Assembly (NCBI GenBank): GCA_010093605.1
Contig: MU004186.1
Coordinates: 1,406,616-1,470,615, forward strand
Reading direction: 5' to 3'
From: Lophium mytilinum
Taxonomy: Eukaryota
Length of the DNA stretch: 64,000 nucleotides
The notes under the pieces are model-generated. The model was not told the origin of the DNA and ran no database searches. It saw nothing but the letters and a program-made list of their open reading frames with translations. How positions within the stretch are numbered: position 1 is the stretch's first letter; every line of letters begins with the position of its first letter. Both the position numbers and the translations under genes were made by a program. Positions 24,091-36,676 of the stretch are shown piece by piece.

Positions 24091-26189
24091 ATGGAGATCG
24101 ACCGCACCTCGTTTCCGCATCACCTCCTAGGTGTCCTAAACGCCATTTCCGAGTCACACTTCGTATCTATTGATCTCGAGTTCTCCGGTATATGCGCTAA
24201 ACCGCCAAAATCGCGGAAGCATACGCTCGAAGAACGCTACCAAGAGACCAAAGAGGCCGCCGAGAAGTTCCAAATATTGCAAGTTGGCATCACTTGCGTT
24301 CAACAGGACTACCATGACGAGACCTATGTCCTTCGGCCTTACAACTTCAATATCAGCCCTTTGCTTGACGATCAACTCGACCAATGGGGCCTTGAACGAA
24401 ATTTCGCTTTCCAAAGCGGCGCATGCCAATTTTTACTCAGCCACGGCTTCAAAATGGATCTCCCATTTACCAAAGGAGTTCCTTATCTTTCACGCGATGA
24501 GACCAAGCTTGCGAAGCAGCTAGCTTACGCCAAGCTTGACAAGGCAAGCATAGCGGACATTGTGTTGAAAGATAACGAAGTTCAGGCCATTGCGTTCATG
24601 GGTAACGTCCGGGAGGCAATCTCCCAGTGGAAAAAGAATGAAATGCGGGGCCGCCTCTACATTACCTCGACCGTAGGCCAGAAGTATTTCAATTCTGACG
24701 AGCCTGCTTCAATCAGCAATTTCGAGAAAAGGCTGGTTCATCAGCTCGTCCGCGCAGAATTTCCGGATCTGAACACTATCAGCAGACCTGACCGCATTCT
24801 AGTCGTACCGCTAGACGCGGAGAGGGAGGCAAACCACAGACGGATGCGCAAAAAGAACATCAAGAAAGATATCGACCATCGAGTTGGCTTTCGTTGGGTT
24901 GTCGAGGCCTTAGTTGGGGGCAATCTCGAGCGGCTGGATCCTATATACCTCGCTCAGAGTGCAGCCGGATATTCCGAATTCGTCGACTTGAGGGGCATCA
25001 AAGATCGATTGTATCACGCAAACGACATACTGAAGCGGAAACCACGTGTTCTGGTTGGGCACAATATGTTCACTGACCTGGTTTATTTCTACCAGGCTTT
25101 TATCGGCGAATTACCAGATACGGCCGACGAGTTCCAGAAGGCGATACACAAACTCTTCCCTATCATCGTCGACACGAAGTACATAGCAACTCACAACTGT
25201 GGGGATATCAGTCCATTCTCATCCCTGGAGCAGATTGAAGAGAAGGTTCGCCTACAGCGGCTACCCGATATACGTAAGTTCTAGCATCCTTCCTAGCACG
25301 CTGCCTCGTCAAGATCTGTGTACCCTTTCCTGCCACTGTCATTGGGGCCTCAACACGCTCCAAGTAACCCTAGAACGCAACGTTCTGAACGCTTCCAAAG
25401 CTTGTCGGGCTGCCCCAGACATTAGGAGAGGGGTGTAAAAGGACCGACGACAATAAGATCTAATGCTAACGCTTCCTAGAAATCCATCAGGATCATACGA
25501 AGTATGTGCAGGGCACAGATTCTTTTCACGAAGCCGGCTACGACAGCTTGCTCACGGCAAACATCATGATTCGTCTTTCGGCTAAATTGGAATCGGAGGG
25601 TAAGTATATCGAGGAAACAGTCCTCTCCGAAGACGAATGGTTCGAAGCGCCTGAGGACCTTACCGGAGGGGTTGCTCTGAATGTCGACGATGGCCCTAGT
25701 CCGGAAAAGGAATCGTTGCATGGCTTCACAGCTGATCTGAACCCAGCCAATAGCACGTTCAGCGCATTGAACTCGCTTGCGCCCCCGTTCAGGCCTCAAA
25801 ATGCATCTGGCACGGAGAAGACTAGCAAGAAAGGTGATACTGGGAAGCTGAAAGGGAAGGCTGCGAGCCGCTTTGCGATGGCGACGAAGTTCGATCAGCT
25901 CAGGATTGAAGAGGAGGCAGAGTTGTCGTCAGACTCCTCTTTGACCCAGGCGCAGACGACGCACCCTGTGGATGAATGGGGAAATCATCCCGACGATGGC
26001 TCTCCTTCGCAGGCTTGGGACTTCAACGAGCCAGCGCAACCGCACGAAGGTCCGTATGCATTGCCAGAAGCCGAGAAGAAGGCGCCGATGGTGGTGATGC
26101 CGCAGTTTGGATCAGACTTCTGGAGAGTCTACGGGAATAAGCTGCGAGTGTTTGGCACCGAGGAGGGAATTTTGGAGTTGACCGGTTGA
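24091..26189 (+). CDS. CAF1-family poly(A)-specific ribonuclease (PARN-like) with R3H-like insert; 206-nt intron 25274-25479
   Basis: FVSIDLEFSGI, FQILQVGIT, VLVGHNMFTDL, IVDTKY and FHEAGYDSLLT (DEDD residues). The exons join in frame (QIHQDHTKY). Confidence 0.92.
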
Positions 26190-26797
26190 AGGATGAGCAA
26201 GGCTGGCAGGGATGGCGATTTTCAGCGCCCCATCGAGCTTGGTACAGCCGTAGTGCGATCAGGGTTACAGTTCCTTCATCAAAGCGGGCGCTCTGGAGGA
26301 TAGAATTTTCACTCAGGAAATCACCTGCACTCTGCAATTAACTAGAAATATGGAAGCGGCTATGTATAGCCTAGCAAACGTGATATGTTTAGCTGATACT
26401 GCACACTCTCCTCGATTTCAATACACTGTCGAACTCCATTCACTGTACAAATCCTAGAAAATGGCGTGCAAGACGCCTTACCTCCGCACCATTCCCGGAC
26501 CGGGATCGATCAGCCCACACGTCAGCGCTACCCTTTAGCAACCTGGGGCCCCGCGTGCCGCTCTACACCAAACCCATCGCGCCCTCGGCACGCTTAGCAC
26601 CGAGTCGCCCATCATCCAACACCACGGATCGGCCTTTGTTCGCTCTAGGAAAGGATATGCCGTGCGTGACATTCCCAGGCTTACGGAGGTAGGTTGTATA
26701 TAACCCACCACCCGCCTCGCGCGCTCCCCGCACGCACCCAGCTGGAGCAATCTTCACCCTCCGCCTGTCGCTTTCCCACTGCGCGACAACCGCAGCT

Positions 26798-27634
26798 ATG
26801 GGCCTCTTCACCATCCCGCCCCAGCCTATCAAAAGACTCCAAGGCGACCCGCGCTGGGCGAATGCGTCGGCGTTCGCGAGCTATGCGCCGGTAGTCGTGT
26901 TAACGTTGCTATTCTTAAGCATCATCCAAATCATACTCGGCGCGATATGGATGGCGAATCTAAAATCGCTGAATTTGTACGTTTCCTGGACCCTTCTTTT
27001 CCCTCTCCACGACGACCCCACAAACCCCGCAACTTTATCTCGACTCCAACCCGCCCTACCTTATTCCGACCTCCGGACTACCATAGTGCACCAATGCTAA
27101 TGGGTTATGTGATGTAGCCCCCTCATCCTCCAACCCCTCATCGTCCCCTGCCTCTCCTTCTTCAACACCGTCCCCAGCGCCCAGCTGCACCTCTACTCGC
27201 GCGCCAACTCCCCCATGACCGCCTTCTGCCTCTCCACTATCCTCTGCCTATTTTACCTCGTCGCCGCCCTCATCAACCTCGCTGTCTGCTCCCCAGCCAC
27301 CGCATCGCTGCCCGCGCTATGCCCTGCGGGGACTATCCATAAGAAGGGCGCGCCACCGGGGACCCGCGATAACTCCGGGCCGCATATCAGCGAGGGGTAC
27401 TGGGATGCGACAGTCGCGCTGTGGTTGATAAGCGCGGTGGGGTACGGGATTGCGGCGGGGATGGCGTTTACGGTGCGGCTTCGGATGAAGGGGCGGGAGA
27501 GGGAGGGGAGGAAGGTTGGGAAGACGAGGCAGGTTGTGCAGGCGGAGGTGGAGCTGGAGGGGCTGAGTGCGGAGGAGGTGGAAAGGAGAAACGAGAAGGC
27601 GAGGGAGAGGTGGCAGAAGCTTTCGGCTGGTTAA
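26798..27634 (+). CDS. Hypothetical multi-pass membrane protein; intron 26977-27117
   Basis: 3-4 hydrophobic segments, a GTACGT...GCTAAT...TAG intron joining in frame, and a charged C-terminal tail. Confidence 0.65.
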
Positions 27635-28893
27635 GAGGACTAAGGATGCTGGAGGACGAATTTATGGCGGTGGATAAGCGGCGGTGGATGAGCGGGACAT
27701 CTCGCGGGCGGTGAAGAAGACAGGGTGCCAGATCTCACGCCGAAAGACCTTTTTGGCCATTGGTATTATGGACGTCAGACGCGTTCCGGTGAGAACACAT
27801 CTGCAACTACTAGCAATGCACGTCGCATTATTGAGTACTTATTAAGAGCTTCTTGAAGATCGAACTTGTTCCCTTCTCGTCATTGTGTTACCAAGGTAGT
27901 AGATAACGCTTTCCTTCGCATCTATCTCAATACCATCTAAGACTCTCCACCCATCCTTTTGACAAACCCTCTCCCTTGAATATGCTCAGCATTTCGTTTA
28001 GATACAGCTGCAGGAGCCTCACGCAGGTGCAAGTGCGATGTCGTCGCTCTGACCTTTCGGAATAGACCTACAGCTTCGACGGATCGAGTAGACGACGCGC
28101 TCTCCTCTCGTCTTTTCTAGTGCGCACATCCCCAGTCCCTCGAGAGTCCGGTTGATACCAGAAGAGAACATGTCCACCAGCGGTCCGACAGCATCACCGT
28201 TAGTACATCCAATTAACCAGGTGCTCATCCAATCAGCTATAGGTGCATATGTCACCCACTCAAAACAGCAGACGATGGTTACTTCTAGTAACGTCTTGTG
28301 GCCTTACTACGAGTGTGTTCAGTGGCCCCTGCAGATGCGGGGAGGCCTCAGTGATGCCGCCGGGAGTAGAGTGCAGCTAATTGGTGGTAGGCATCCGGTT
28401 TCACGGCCTACTCAGAAGGCTGGGCAATAAATTTTGTCGTTATGTTGTGGCACAACAACGACGCTGAGGCTGCCAAGCTTCAGCTTGAAAAACAGTGTAG
28501 TCAGCTAGGTATGATCTCCGCAAGTCTGGCATTTAGTACAGGTGTAGGTCTTTCCCGCGTTGGATACTTATCTATATCAATTTGGAGTCAGCCCTGATCC
28601 ATGAACACTTGTTCCCTCTATTGCATGTTTCAAGTTTTTACCCAGTCACGCTCACAGCTCTGCGATCCAGTGGACACATCTTTTGGTTGGCTGGCAGTAT
28701 TATCATCCCTAGCAGGTGACCACGCTGGGTACGACCATAGCTCATGTCCTAGCCCGATCAACCTTGACCAGCGCAGGTACACAGAATACACAAAGTGCGA
28801 CTGAGCGCACACCTGCCACCTTGATAATGCCGCTCCCTTCACTAATAGCTTCGGTAGCTTTCTCGACAACCTCCACAAGTCAACTCTTTCGTC

Positions 28894-31800
28894 ATGGCTC
28901 CTACAACGACCTCCATTTCGACCTCCATGCTGATGGCTACAGCTTCCTATCCCCCTACAGCGCCACCGACGCCCTCGTCAAGCTTCGACGGCGATGAATT
29001 CTCAAATAACCTCTTTAGCGATCTCGCTCCGCTACTCACCCTCTTCGGCGAACAGGTCACAAAACAGTTTTTAAGCTTGTCGATGGGGTGGGCTGATAAC
29101 ATACTGCTGGCCATGGGCCCCTTGGGTATCATCACGACCGTAGTGAGCGCAATTCGTGTAGGGGGCAAAAGAGGGCTCAAGACCTTGGTCGGAAGGTTGG
29201 CCACCAACTTTGCACCGTCTTTGGATTGACATGGCCTTGTGCCGGTTAACTTCTACCATATAGCAGGGCTAATAGGCCGCAGGGCGCGCGAAAGCATTTC
29301 CGCTGCCGAAGCAGAACTGCTCTCCTCTACTTCAGCTGATGTTTGCGAGGTCTGGAGTGGCCAAGAGGTCGTCCGCCAATACGGAGTCCCTGATACAAAA
29401 GAGATGATCATTGTGCTGGATTATGACACGTCTCGCGTCCTCGGTCTTGTGGACGCTTGTTCAAAGAAATATCTTCGCGAAGCCCCCAACCAGATTGTGA
29501 AAGACATGCAGACTTACTCCAGCGTAGCCCTCTCTGAACTAGCGAACGGCGCTCCAAACATCACGTTAAATATCCGTGGATCCACCGTTTCGAAATATGA
29601 GCTCTGGTTCTATACCGCGCTTGGAATTGTCTGTCAAACGGTAGCGCTGGTTATTCCTGCACTCGGCACATACTACTGGAATTGGCCAAAGGGTGACTTT
29701 CCCGCCCCTTCCTATGGATATCCCTGTTATGCCATAGGGTCTGGTCTCATTATCGCGGGCCTGGTCTTCTGCTCGCATATCATCGAGGCCTCGACAAGCG
29801 AACAAGACTTCATTCGGAACAAACCCGAACCGACAATGCAGGTGCTGCGGCTTCAAAGGGCATGTACTGTTAGCGATCAACACTTTGGGTCGTACGCGAT
29901 TTTTAACGCGCCTGGGGACGTGTGTCTTAGGACTTCGAGGCTGAACAACCATAGAAAAGGGTTAGTCTGCCTACTTCTGAGTTTCCATATTTCCCCGATT
30001 AGTTCGATGTTCACCATGCTGCCACTTGCAAATCTACCAGATCGTAGTGATTCTGTCTCGCATATATCATTGTGTGCGCCTATTTTACTCTAACATCTCA
30101 CAGCACAACCGCGGCAATATCTTCTATGATGACTATTGCTGGATTCATTTGCCAATTCGTAGGACTTCGAGCGCTCCATTGGTCTGCTACAATCATCCTG
30201 CTCGGCGCGACTCTAGTAACGACGTGGGCCCGAATGTCTGCACGTCGCGGCTTACTGTTGGAGCCTTTGTGTCTTCCTCTTCCGGAGGGCCAGGAAGTAC
30301 CTTGGCTCGCTCTATTCATCAGTCGACATCTTCACCTAACTAGCCAGCAAGCCACAGGTGCGTTTCAATCGGCGACACAAATCAGAGATGACGCGACTCC
30401 TACCAGAAACGAATGGGAAATCGTGACCGGAGGCTATCAAGCCAATTTTAAGAAAAGTCTTGCCCGCTATGCCATTGCCTACAACGCCCGCAACGCCCGC
30501 AGCGCCTACCAAGGCTGCAGTGATCTTAACGAAGCTATTCCACCTGGTGTAAACCCTAGTGCGGACGTCGTTGCAGCTTGCTCAAGGAGCAACATGGCTA
30601 CTAATCTTGTAAACGATAAGGAAGCTATAACGCTCTCGGTCAGCATGGCCTCCGACATCTCTAAGTTGATGCCTATACCTAAAGGCTCTGATAATCACGT
30701 TTACCAGCTGTCGTTAGCCATAGAGACAGTTACCAACTTAGTAGCTGGACCTGGGCTCGATTTGACAGCTGGCCCATTTACGTGCTTCTGTTGGCGGCAT
30801 CGTGCAAGTCACAAATCAACACAATCTGGGCGATCAGTGAACGGACCATCGGGCTCTCCTGCTAGTACACAACATACAAAGATTCTCTATGCGCCATATT
30901 CATTTGTAGTGAGCAGGAATCTCTACAGCAACAACTGGAAAAGTGACGAGACATGCTTACGCTCAGTATGTTCTCTCTGGACACACAGTTTGATGTCACG
31001 TCGAAGACTGTATGATCAAGAATACATGCCATCTCTGGCTACCCTACAACGGCGTGGGGGCACTCACCCAGAACAGGGATACCTTAGAGTCGTCGGCTCT
31101 AGTTACGGCCTAGAGTCGCTTGACAAGCTACGTTCAACGCTGACAGCTTGGACCGGGGTGATCCTTAGTAGAGTTACTAAGCCTGACGGCGATTGCGGGT
31201 GCTTGCCCGCTCCCACGGCAGGATATTTTTCTAGGCCAACAATACCTCATGTCTGGCCGGTGTTCGGACTTCCGCTTTCTTCTATGTGGGATGACCTCGA
31301 TGCTGGTTGTTTAGTCGTTCCCGCAAACAAAGACACTGCGGACCTGGATACCAGAACGGATTTGCACAATTCTCTACCGTACATGGAAGGAGACCTGCAA
31401 TTCGAGAGTGGCAACGAGCTGTTTTCCGAACTGGCCTTCGCATCTACCAACTCGATAGAGACAGAGTGTGCAGTGGAACTATTCGCAAGCTTCTTCCTGG
31501 AACTAGCCTCTAATATCCATCGCATTGACGGCACAACCGCTATTATCGACAATCCTGTTGTCGGGGAGGGTATTCGGGAAGGGCACAAAATATGGCAGAA
31601 TTCTGAGATAGACTCCATTGTCAAGGTAATGATGACGAGCGCCCCGGTTCTCTTTCCAACGGAGTACGCCGCCAAAATTACGATCATTCCAGCTCTAGCC
31701 CGCCACAATCTCCTTCCAACCGAGTTGTCGAATTCGAAGAAAACTGCTGGCGAATCACCTTCAGCAGCTGCCTCGCACGCCTCGGATCAGTCTATTGTGG

Positions 31801-31964
31801 AAATCCCCTCGAGTCCCGGGGAAGGAGATGGGGTTGGTGATAGCAGCGAACCCCCCTCGGCTGCTTCGCGCGCCTCGAGCCAACCAGCTGCGGACTTGCT
31901 CTCGGGTTCAATCGAAGGCGCTGAGGCTGTTGATAGCAGACCAGGTAGTGCGGCTGATATTTAA
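28894..31964 (+). CDS. Large fungal membrane protein of the 'FSNNLFSDLAPLLTLFGEQ' family (usually ankyrin-associated); introns near 29196-29283 and 29962-30103; start uncertain
   Basis: DEFSNNLFSDLAPLLTLFGEQVTKQFLS...MGPLGIITTVVSAIRVGG...GRARE...AEAELLSSTS.DVCEVW, APNITLN and GFICQFVGLRALHWSAT. Confidence 0.75.
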
Positions 31965-32743
31965 CGCTCTATACATTCGTTCTGAGTATGCGTTGTTAGA
32001 GCCTCCACTCGCGTACTAGATTTGGCTGAGCTAGGAAGGTACTTGTATCTATTTGATCATCTTGCCATCAGCAAAGTTGTACGATAAACTAGGAAAATTC
32101 AACTCCGTCAACACACTCATACTGCACTTTCCTTCCTGTACAATAGTTTAGCCAGGAGACCTACTAGCTATAAAGTTGCGGTCTTCACCACCTACTGCTC
32201 TACACAAGCGCTAAGCTGAAGGTAGAATCTGGCAGCACAGGGGAAGAATAGTGGACGTTGCTATTGGAAGGGCTTCTTTTGCCATGTCAAATCTGTAAGT
32301 CTAATCTGCGGGGTTAGGAATGTGACATCGTGTTGTTGAAATCTTGCACCTGCGTGAGGCGCCCGGAGCCGTGTCGTGCACCCCAAAATGAAGGAAAAAG
32401 AATGTAGATTGTAGACGGGTTGTCAAAAGGATCTTGATAGCGCGGAGGGACACCTGCATCATTGGAGCCCAATTGGTCAGCAGAGGCATGGGGTGCTAGC
32501 TTGGTGCGGGGATCAACACGACTCCGAGGACGCCGTCAGTTCTACAACTCTTCCGCTTCCCGTCCGGAGACAATGCCATTAAGTATCCGAGCGACACAAC
32601 AGAGTATGACAACGTAACACTTAGCTTTAGCGACTACTAACATGATATACTACATAATGAACGCGTCAATACTCTACCCTTTGCCTGCTTCTTCAAGTAT
32701 CGTCAAAAGCTAGCCTTAGTATCACATCCACAGCAACAGTGAC

Positions 32744-33654
32744 ATGTCCACAAACACTGTCTATCTGATTTCGGGCGCTAATAGAGGTTTGCAGCAGCCA
32801 AAGCCTAGGAAGTCTATTCTTGCGGCGCGTTCTAACATTCACAGGCATCGGACGGGGGCTCACTGCGGAATACCTCTCCCGAGACAATAACACTGTCGTT
32901 GCTGCCGTCCGCGATCCTTCTCATGAAACCTCCAAAAGCCTCTCGTCTCTCCCAAAGGGCAAAGAAAGCGCCCTTGTCGTCGTGAAAATCGACAGCTTAT
33001 CCCACAGCGACCCAAAAGCCGCCATCGCGACGCTCCCAGAGCACTCAATCTCCCACATTGACGTCCTCATTGCGAACGCCGGCGTCCTAGAGGTCAAACG
33101 CGTGACGGACATCACCGTAGAAGAGTACCGCTACCACCAGGATGTGAACACCATCGGCCCGTTGCTCCTTTTCCAGGCGGCATGGGATTTGCTCCAGAAA
33201 GCTCCGCAGCCGAAGTTCGTCGTAGTGGCGTCCCAGCTGGGGAGTGTTGCGGTAGGGCCCAAGGCAGCGCTGGCGTCGGGCTGCTATGGCGCGTCGAAGG
33301 CTTCGATTAATTATCTCCTACGGAAGCTGCATTTTGAGAATCCGGGATTGATTGCGCTGCCGATATGCCCTGGGTGAGTAGGCAGAGATTCAGTATAAAC
33401 TGTTCTTTTGGGTTAACAGCGTCATGTTGTAGGATGACCCAGACAGATATGGGCGCACATGTTGCACAAGCTATGGGTCGGGAGAAAGCGACAGTGACTC
33501 TGGAGGACAGTGTCAAAGGGGTGGTTCAGGAGGTAAGTGAAGATGCTTAAGTGAACGTAGCAGATTACTGAAAGAATACCGGCAGATTGATAACGCAACT
33601 CGAACTCCTGACGGTCGATTCGCATCTTATCAGCACGTGGACCTACCTTGGTAA
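32744..33654 (+). CDS. Short-chain dehydrogenase/reductase (Nor-1/CsgA-like); 3 introns
   Basis: VYLISGANRGIGRG, IDVLIANAG, catalytic YGASKAS and PG.TQTDMG. Confidence 0.92.
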
Positions 33655-33799
33655 CGGCTCAGTGGCAGTATAGGTTCGTGCTATTGAGATCGCCTAATCT
33701 ATTTCACGTCCTTGCTATTCCTTTCATCAGTGGTGCTACTGGTCCAGGTGTAAAACTGCAGCAAGCGAGGAGATTTAGGGATGTGGAGAGCATTGTGTA

Positions 33800-34029
33800 C
33801 AGTACTACGCCATAACTCTGGGCGTACAGACTGATTGCCGTTCAGGTCCAATTTGCTTACTTGACACCACCGAGAGGGGTCGCTTAACCAACTAACAGAC
33901 AGTGAGTTGCGTAGCAGTCTGATTTGCACTGCCTGGAACTTGACATCACGGCTAGAGGCGATTATAGTCCTAGAAGGGGTACCCCAAGTAGTTGCGAAGC
34001 AGTGTGCCCAGACTTTTGGCCCGTCACTG
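33800..34029 (+). mobile_element. 230-bp MITE, Tc1/mariner-type, imperfect ~28-bp TIRs, TA target-site duplication
   Basis: TA|CAGTACTACGCCATAACTCTGGGCGTAC ... GTGTGCCCAGACTTTTGGCCCGTCACTG|TA. Confidence 0.8.
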
Positions 34030-34557
34030 TATATCGAACTGGAAGCATCGTGGTCTTTGCACCATTAGATTTTGAACACCTTCGGTAATGGAAAAGACGA
34101 ACCACGTATCTAATCGTGTGAGACATTGGGAGGCATACTGCAAGCCAATCAACACTAGCCTCGAATCCACGGATACTCCTTGCGGGATGTCACACTCGTG
34201 CACCTCATTTTGAGCTCCGGAGGCATTACATCGGCAAAGCGATTTTAAGCACTGCTTAGGAGGACCACAGTGGTGTTGCTAGGATAGCAACTGTATACTT
34301 AACTATCTCTTGTTCAGGGCCTCGTGACCTACAACTCTGATATCCGTCAATTTCGTAGATATATCGCTCCGACTCGTCTCACTATGGCGAAGATTCGGAG
34401 ATGCAAACATAATTTAGCAGGACTCCAGCTCTTCGAACGGCCCCAGTATCTTTCATGTCTTCGGAAAGCATTGGCGCTGCAGTGTATTCATCACTTGCTC
34501 CAGCATCAGACAATGTAACTAATGACGACCTTCCATCGACAGTCACCTACCGGGTCC

Positions 34558-34785
34558 ATGTCTGCCGGAAACTCGAATGTTCAGACCTTACTATTTGACA
34601 TCCTGACAGTTCTTTTCGCCGCTGCATCACTCCTAGTTGCGTATTTGCGCTTCAGTCACGGCCGCAGGGCCCAGAGACCAGTCTCCGAGAACACGGATAT
34701 TGAAGTGGGCGAGCTGGCAGGCCATACGTGGTGCCCACGTAGGTTCGCCATATGTCTCGAGCGATCGTATGTTAACAGGCTGTAG
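34558..34785 (+). CDS. Possible small single-TM protein or upstream exon (structure uncertain)
   Basis: MSAGNSNVQTLLFDILTVLFAAASLLVAYLRFSHGRRAQR (TM plus basic residues), with a plausible intron downstream. Confidence 0.35.
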   Translation: MSAGNSNVQTLLFDILTVLFAAASLLVAYLRFSHGRRAQRPVSENTDIEVGELAGHTWCPRRFAICLERSYVNRL

Positions 34786-34791
34786 ACACCT

Positions 34792-35687
34792 ATGACACGA
34801 ACATCCCATCCCGACGGGCCTACCACAGAACCTTCTACAAAAAAGCTATTCAAACAAATCGAAACAAGCAAAGAGAAGGAAAGTAAGCCCCAGAAGTTCA
34901 AGTCGAGGAAGGGTATCAATCAAGATGCACCCATCTCCCTAGAACTAGGTTCCGCAGCCATCAAGATAAGTTCGTTCCCTCCATCCCCCAAACATTCATC
35001 AACACTAACATTCCCACAAAAGCCCCCAAACCCGCGGCTACCACCCTTTCCAAAGCCTTTAAGGCACTGACACTGGATTCCAACATGCATCCCCTCCCCA
35101 AATCCCTGACCATTGCCCTCGCCAGCCGCTTCACTCTAAATCAAATCGCCCAATTCCATTCAGACGCCCAACTCGCGTTCAGCCACCCACTCCCCTACTT
35201 CTTCGCCGGCTCTTTCATCTTCCCCGCCGCCCTGCGCGCCGTCACGCACGGACGCATCCTCCGCCAAGTCGCGGAAAGCATGACGCCCGCCGTGGTGCGC
35301 AGCTTTAAGCGCCACGCTGTACGTGGTATGTCGTGGCCGGCGATGCTGCCCTCCACCAGCCCCGAAGACGCAGTGGAGGGGATGCTGGTGTTCGGGATGC
35401 TGGACTCGCAGCGGAAGGCGCTTCATGCGTTTCAGGGAAGCATGTTTGATCTTCGGCGGGTGAAGGTAGAGGTGGAGCTGGTGGGGGGCGGGGTGGTGGA
35501 GTGTGAAGCAGGGATTTATGTGTGGAATCGGGGAGAGGGATCTCTAGTGACGACGGAGGAGCGAGAGTGGGGCATTGGGGATCTGATGGGAAGTGAGTGG
35601 TTTGCGAAGGTTATTGCTGGGACGGTAGAGGAGGAGCGGTTGCTGGGGCTAGAGGAAGTGGATGGCACGAGAGATGTCTCAATGTGA
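34792..35687 (+). CDS. AIG2-like / gamma-glutamylcyclotransferase-fold protein; core 35085-35687, probable upstream exon via intron ~34949-35022
   Basis: PYFFAGSFIFP, MTPAVVRSFKRHAVRGMSWPAML, VEGMLVFG, FDLRRVKVEV and AGIYVWN. Confidence 0.75.
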
Positions 35688-35839
35688 CGCTGATCTAGTT
35701 GCAGGAACTGACATCACCGTTCTTTGGAGGTGTCCTGCCCGGTCTCGTCGATTTCCGTCTTATCGAGAGGTATGAAATATGCCAACGGGCTATAGGTAGA
35801 AACTGGATCTTTTATACGACTCTGTGACAAAACAGTGTA

Positions 35840-36025
35840 CAGTACTAGGCCATAAGTCTGGGCACACGTATATCATCACTGCTCGGCTCCGATTTCGCTC
35901 AAAGGACACCAGTGAGAGGGGTTGCCCGCCTAGTCGACTGCTAATGAGTCAAGGAGTAGCCTGATTTGCACTGCTTGGAATTTGACAACGCGCCTAGACT
36001 TTCGAAACCCATGGGAGTACCGCCT
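35840..36025 (+). mobile_element. MITE family copy, right end truncated or eroded
   Basis: TA|CAGTACTAGGCCATAAGTCTGGGCACAC. The interior (GACACCAGTGAGAGGGG..CTGATTTGCACTGCTTGGAATTTGACA) matches the 33800 and 48714 copies. Confidence 0.75.
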
Positions 36026-36049
36026 CCATGCCTCCAGAACTGCCCATTA

Positions 36050-36676
36050 TTACGAGGCGACTTTGCCAAACAACAATTCATGGAAAGCGCTGGGCAGTGA
36101 GCTTCCTACTGGCCAACCAGTAACAAACAGCTGAATCCTTGAGTTCTTAGCGAAAGGTGCGCTCTTCCACTTTTCTTCTGGGCTGTAGTAGGACAGCCGA
36201 CTGATGTCCATGGTCAAAGACTTCGTTTCTTTGGGGAGCTGGCTGATTGGCTCGTTCCAAAGAGCCAGAAAGATTGTCACTGGCTCTTCATCCCAGCTCT
36301 GATCTCGTGGGTTCAACGTTTTGATGGGTGCAAAAGATGCAATTCCCTCCTTTTCTGTAAGTGCCCAGAATTCTCCATCGCCGAGAATTCGAATGCCTAC
36401 ATGGCGCGGTAAAGTAGGGAACATGTGGCATTTTTCGTCCTTGGATGACAATAGCGCAAAGAGGGTGTCTGGAGTGGTCGAGTAAACGACTATTCCTTCG
36501 CATATAACCTCAAGGATTTCCTGTCGCAAATAACGGCAGGTTCGGAGCAAAGGGACCGACGTGTGATGGCACTGTCCAGCATCGTCGATCTTGAGTGAGA
36601 AACTATGTGGAAGAGCGAGACGGATGACTTCGTCACGTATTTCCCTGAGAAGCTGGCCAAGTCGATCAAGTGGCAT
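36050..36676 (-). CDS. Hypothetical protein with an F-box-like fungal N-terminus
   Basis: 208-aa ORF with an LLREIRDEVIRLAL...LLRTCRYLRQE pattern. Confidence 0.55.
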   Translation of the reverse strand: MPLDRLGQLLREIRDEVIRLALPHSFSLKIDDAGQCHHTSVPLLRTCRYLRQEILEVICEGIVVYSTTPDTLFALLSSKDEKCHMFPTLPRHVGIRILGDGEFWALTEKEGIASFAPIKTLNPRDQSWDEEPVTIFLALWNEPISQLPKETKSLTMDISRLSYYSPEEKWKSAPFAKNSRIQLFVTGWPVGSSLPSAFHELLFGKVAS

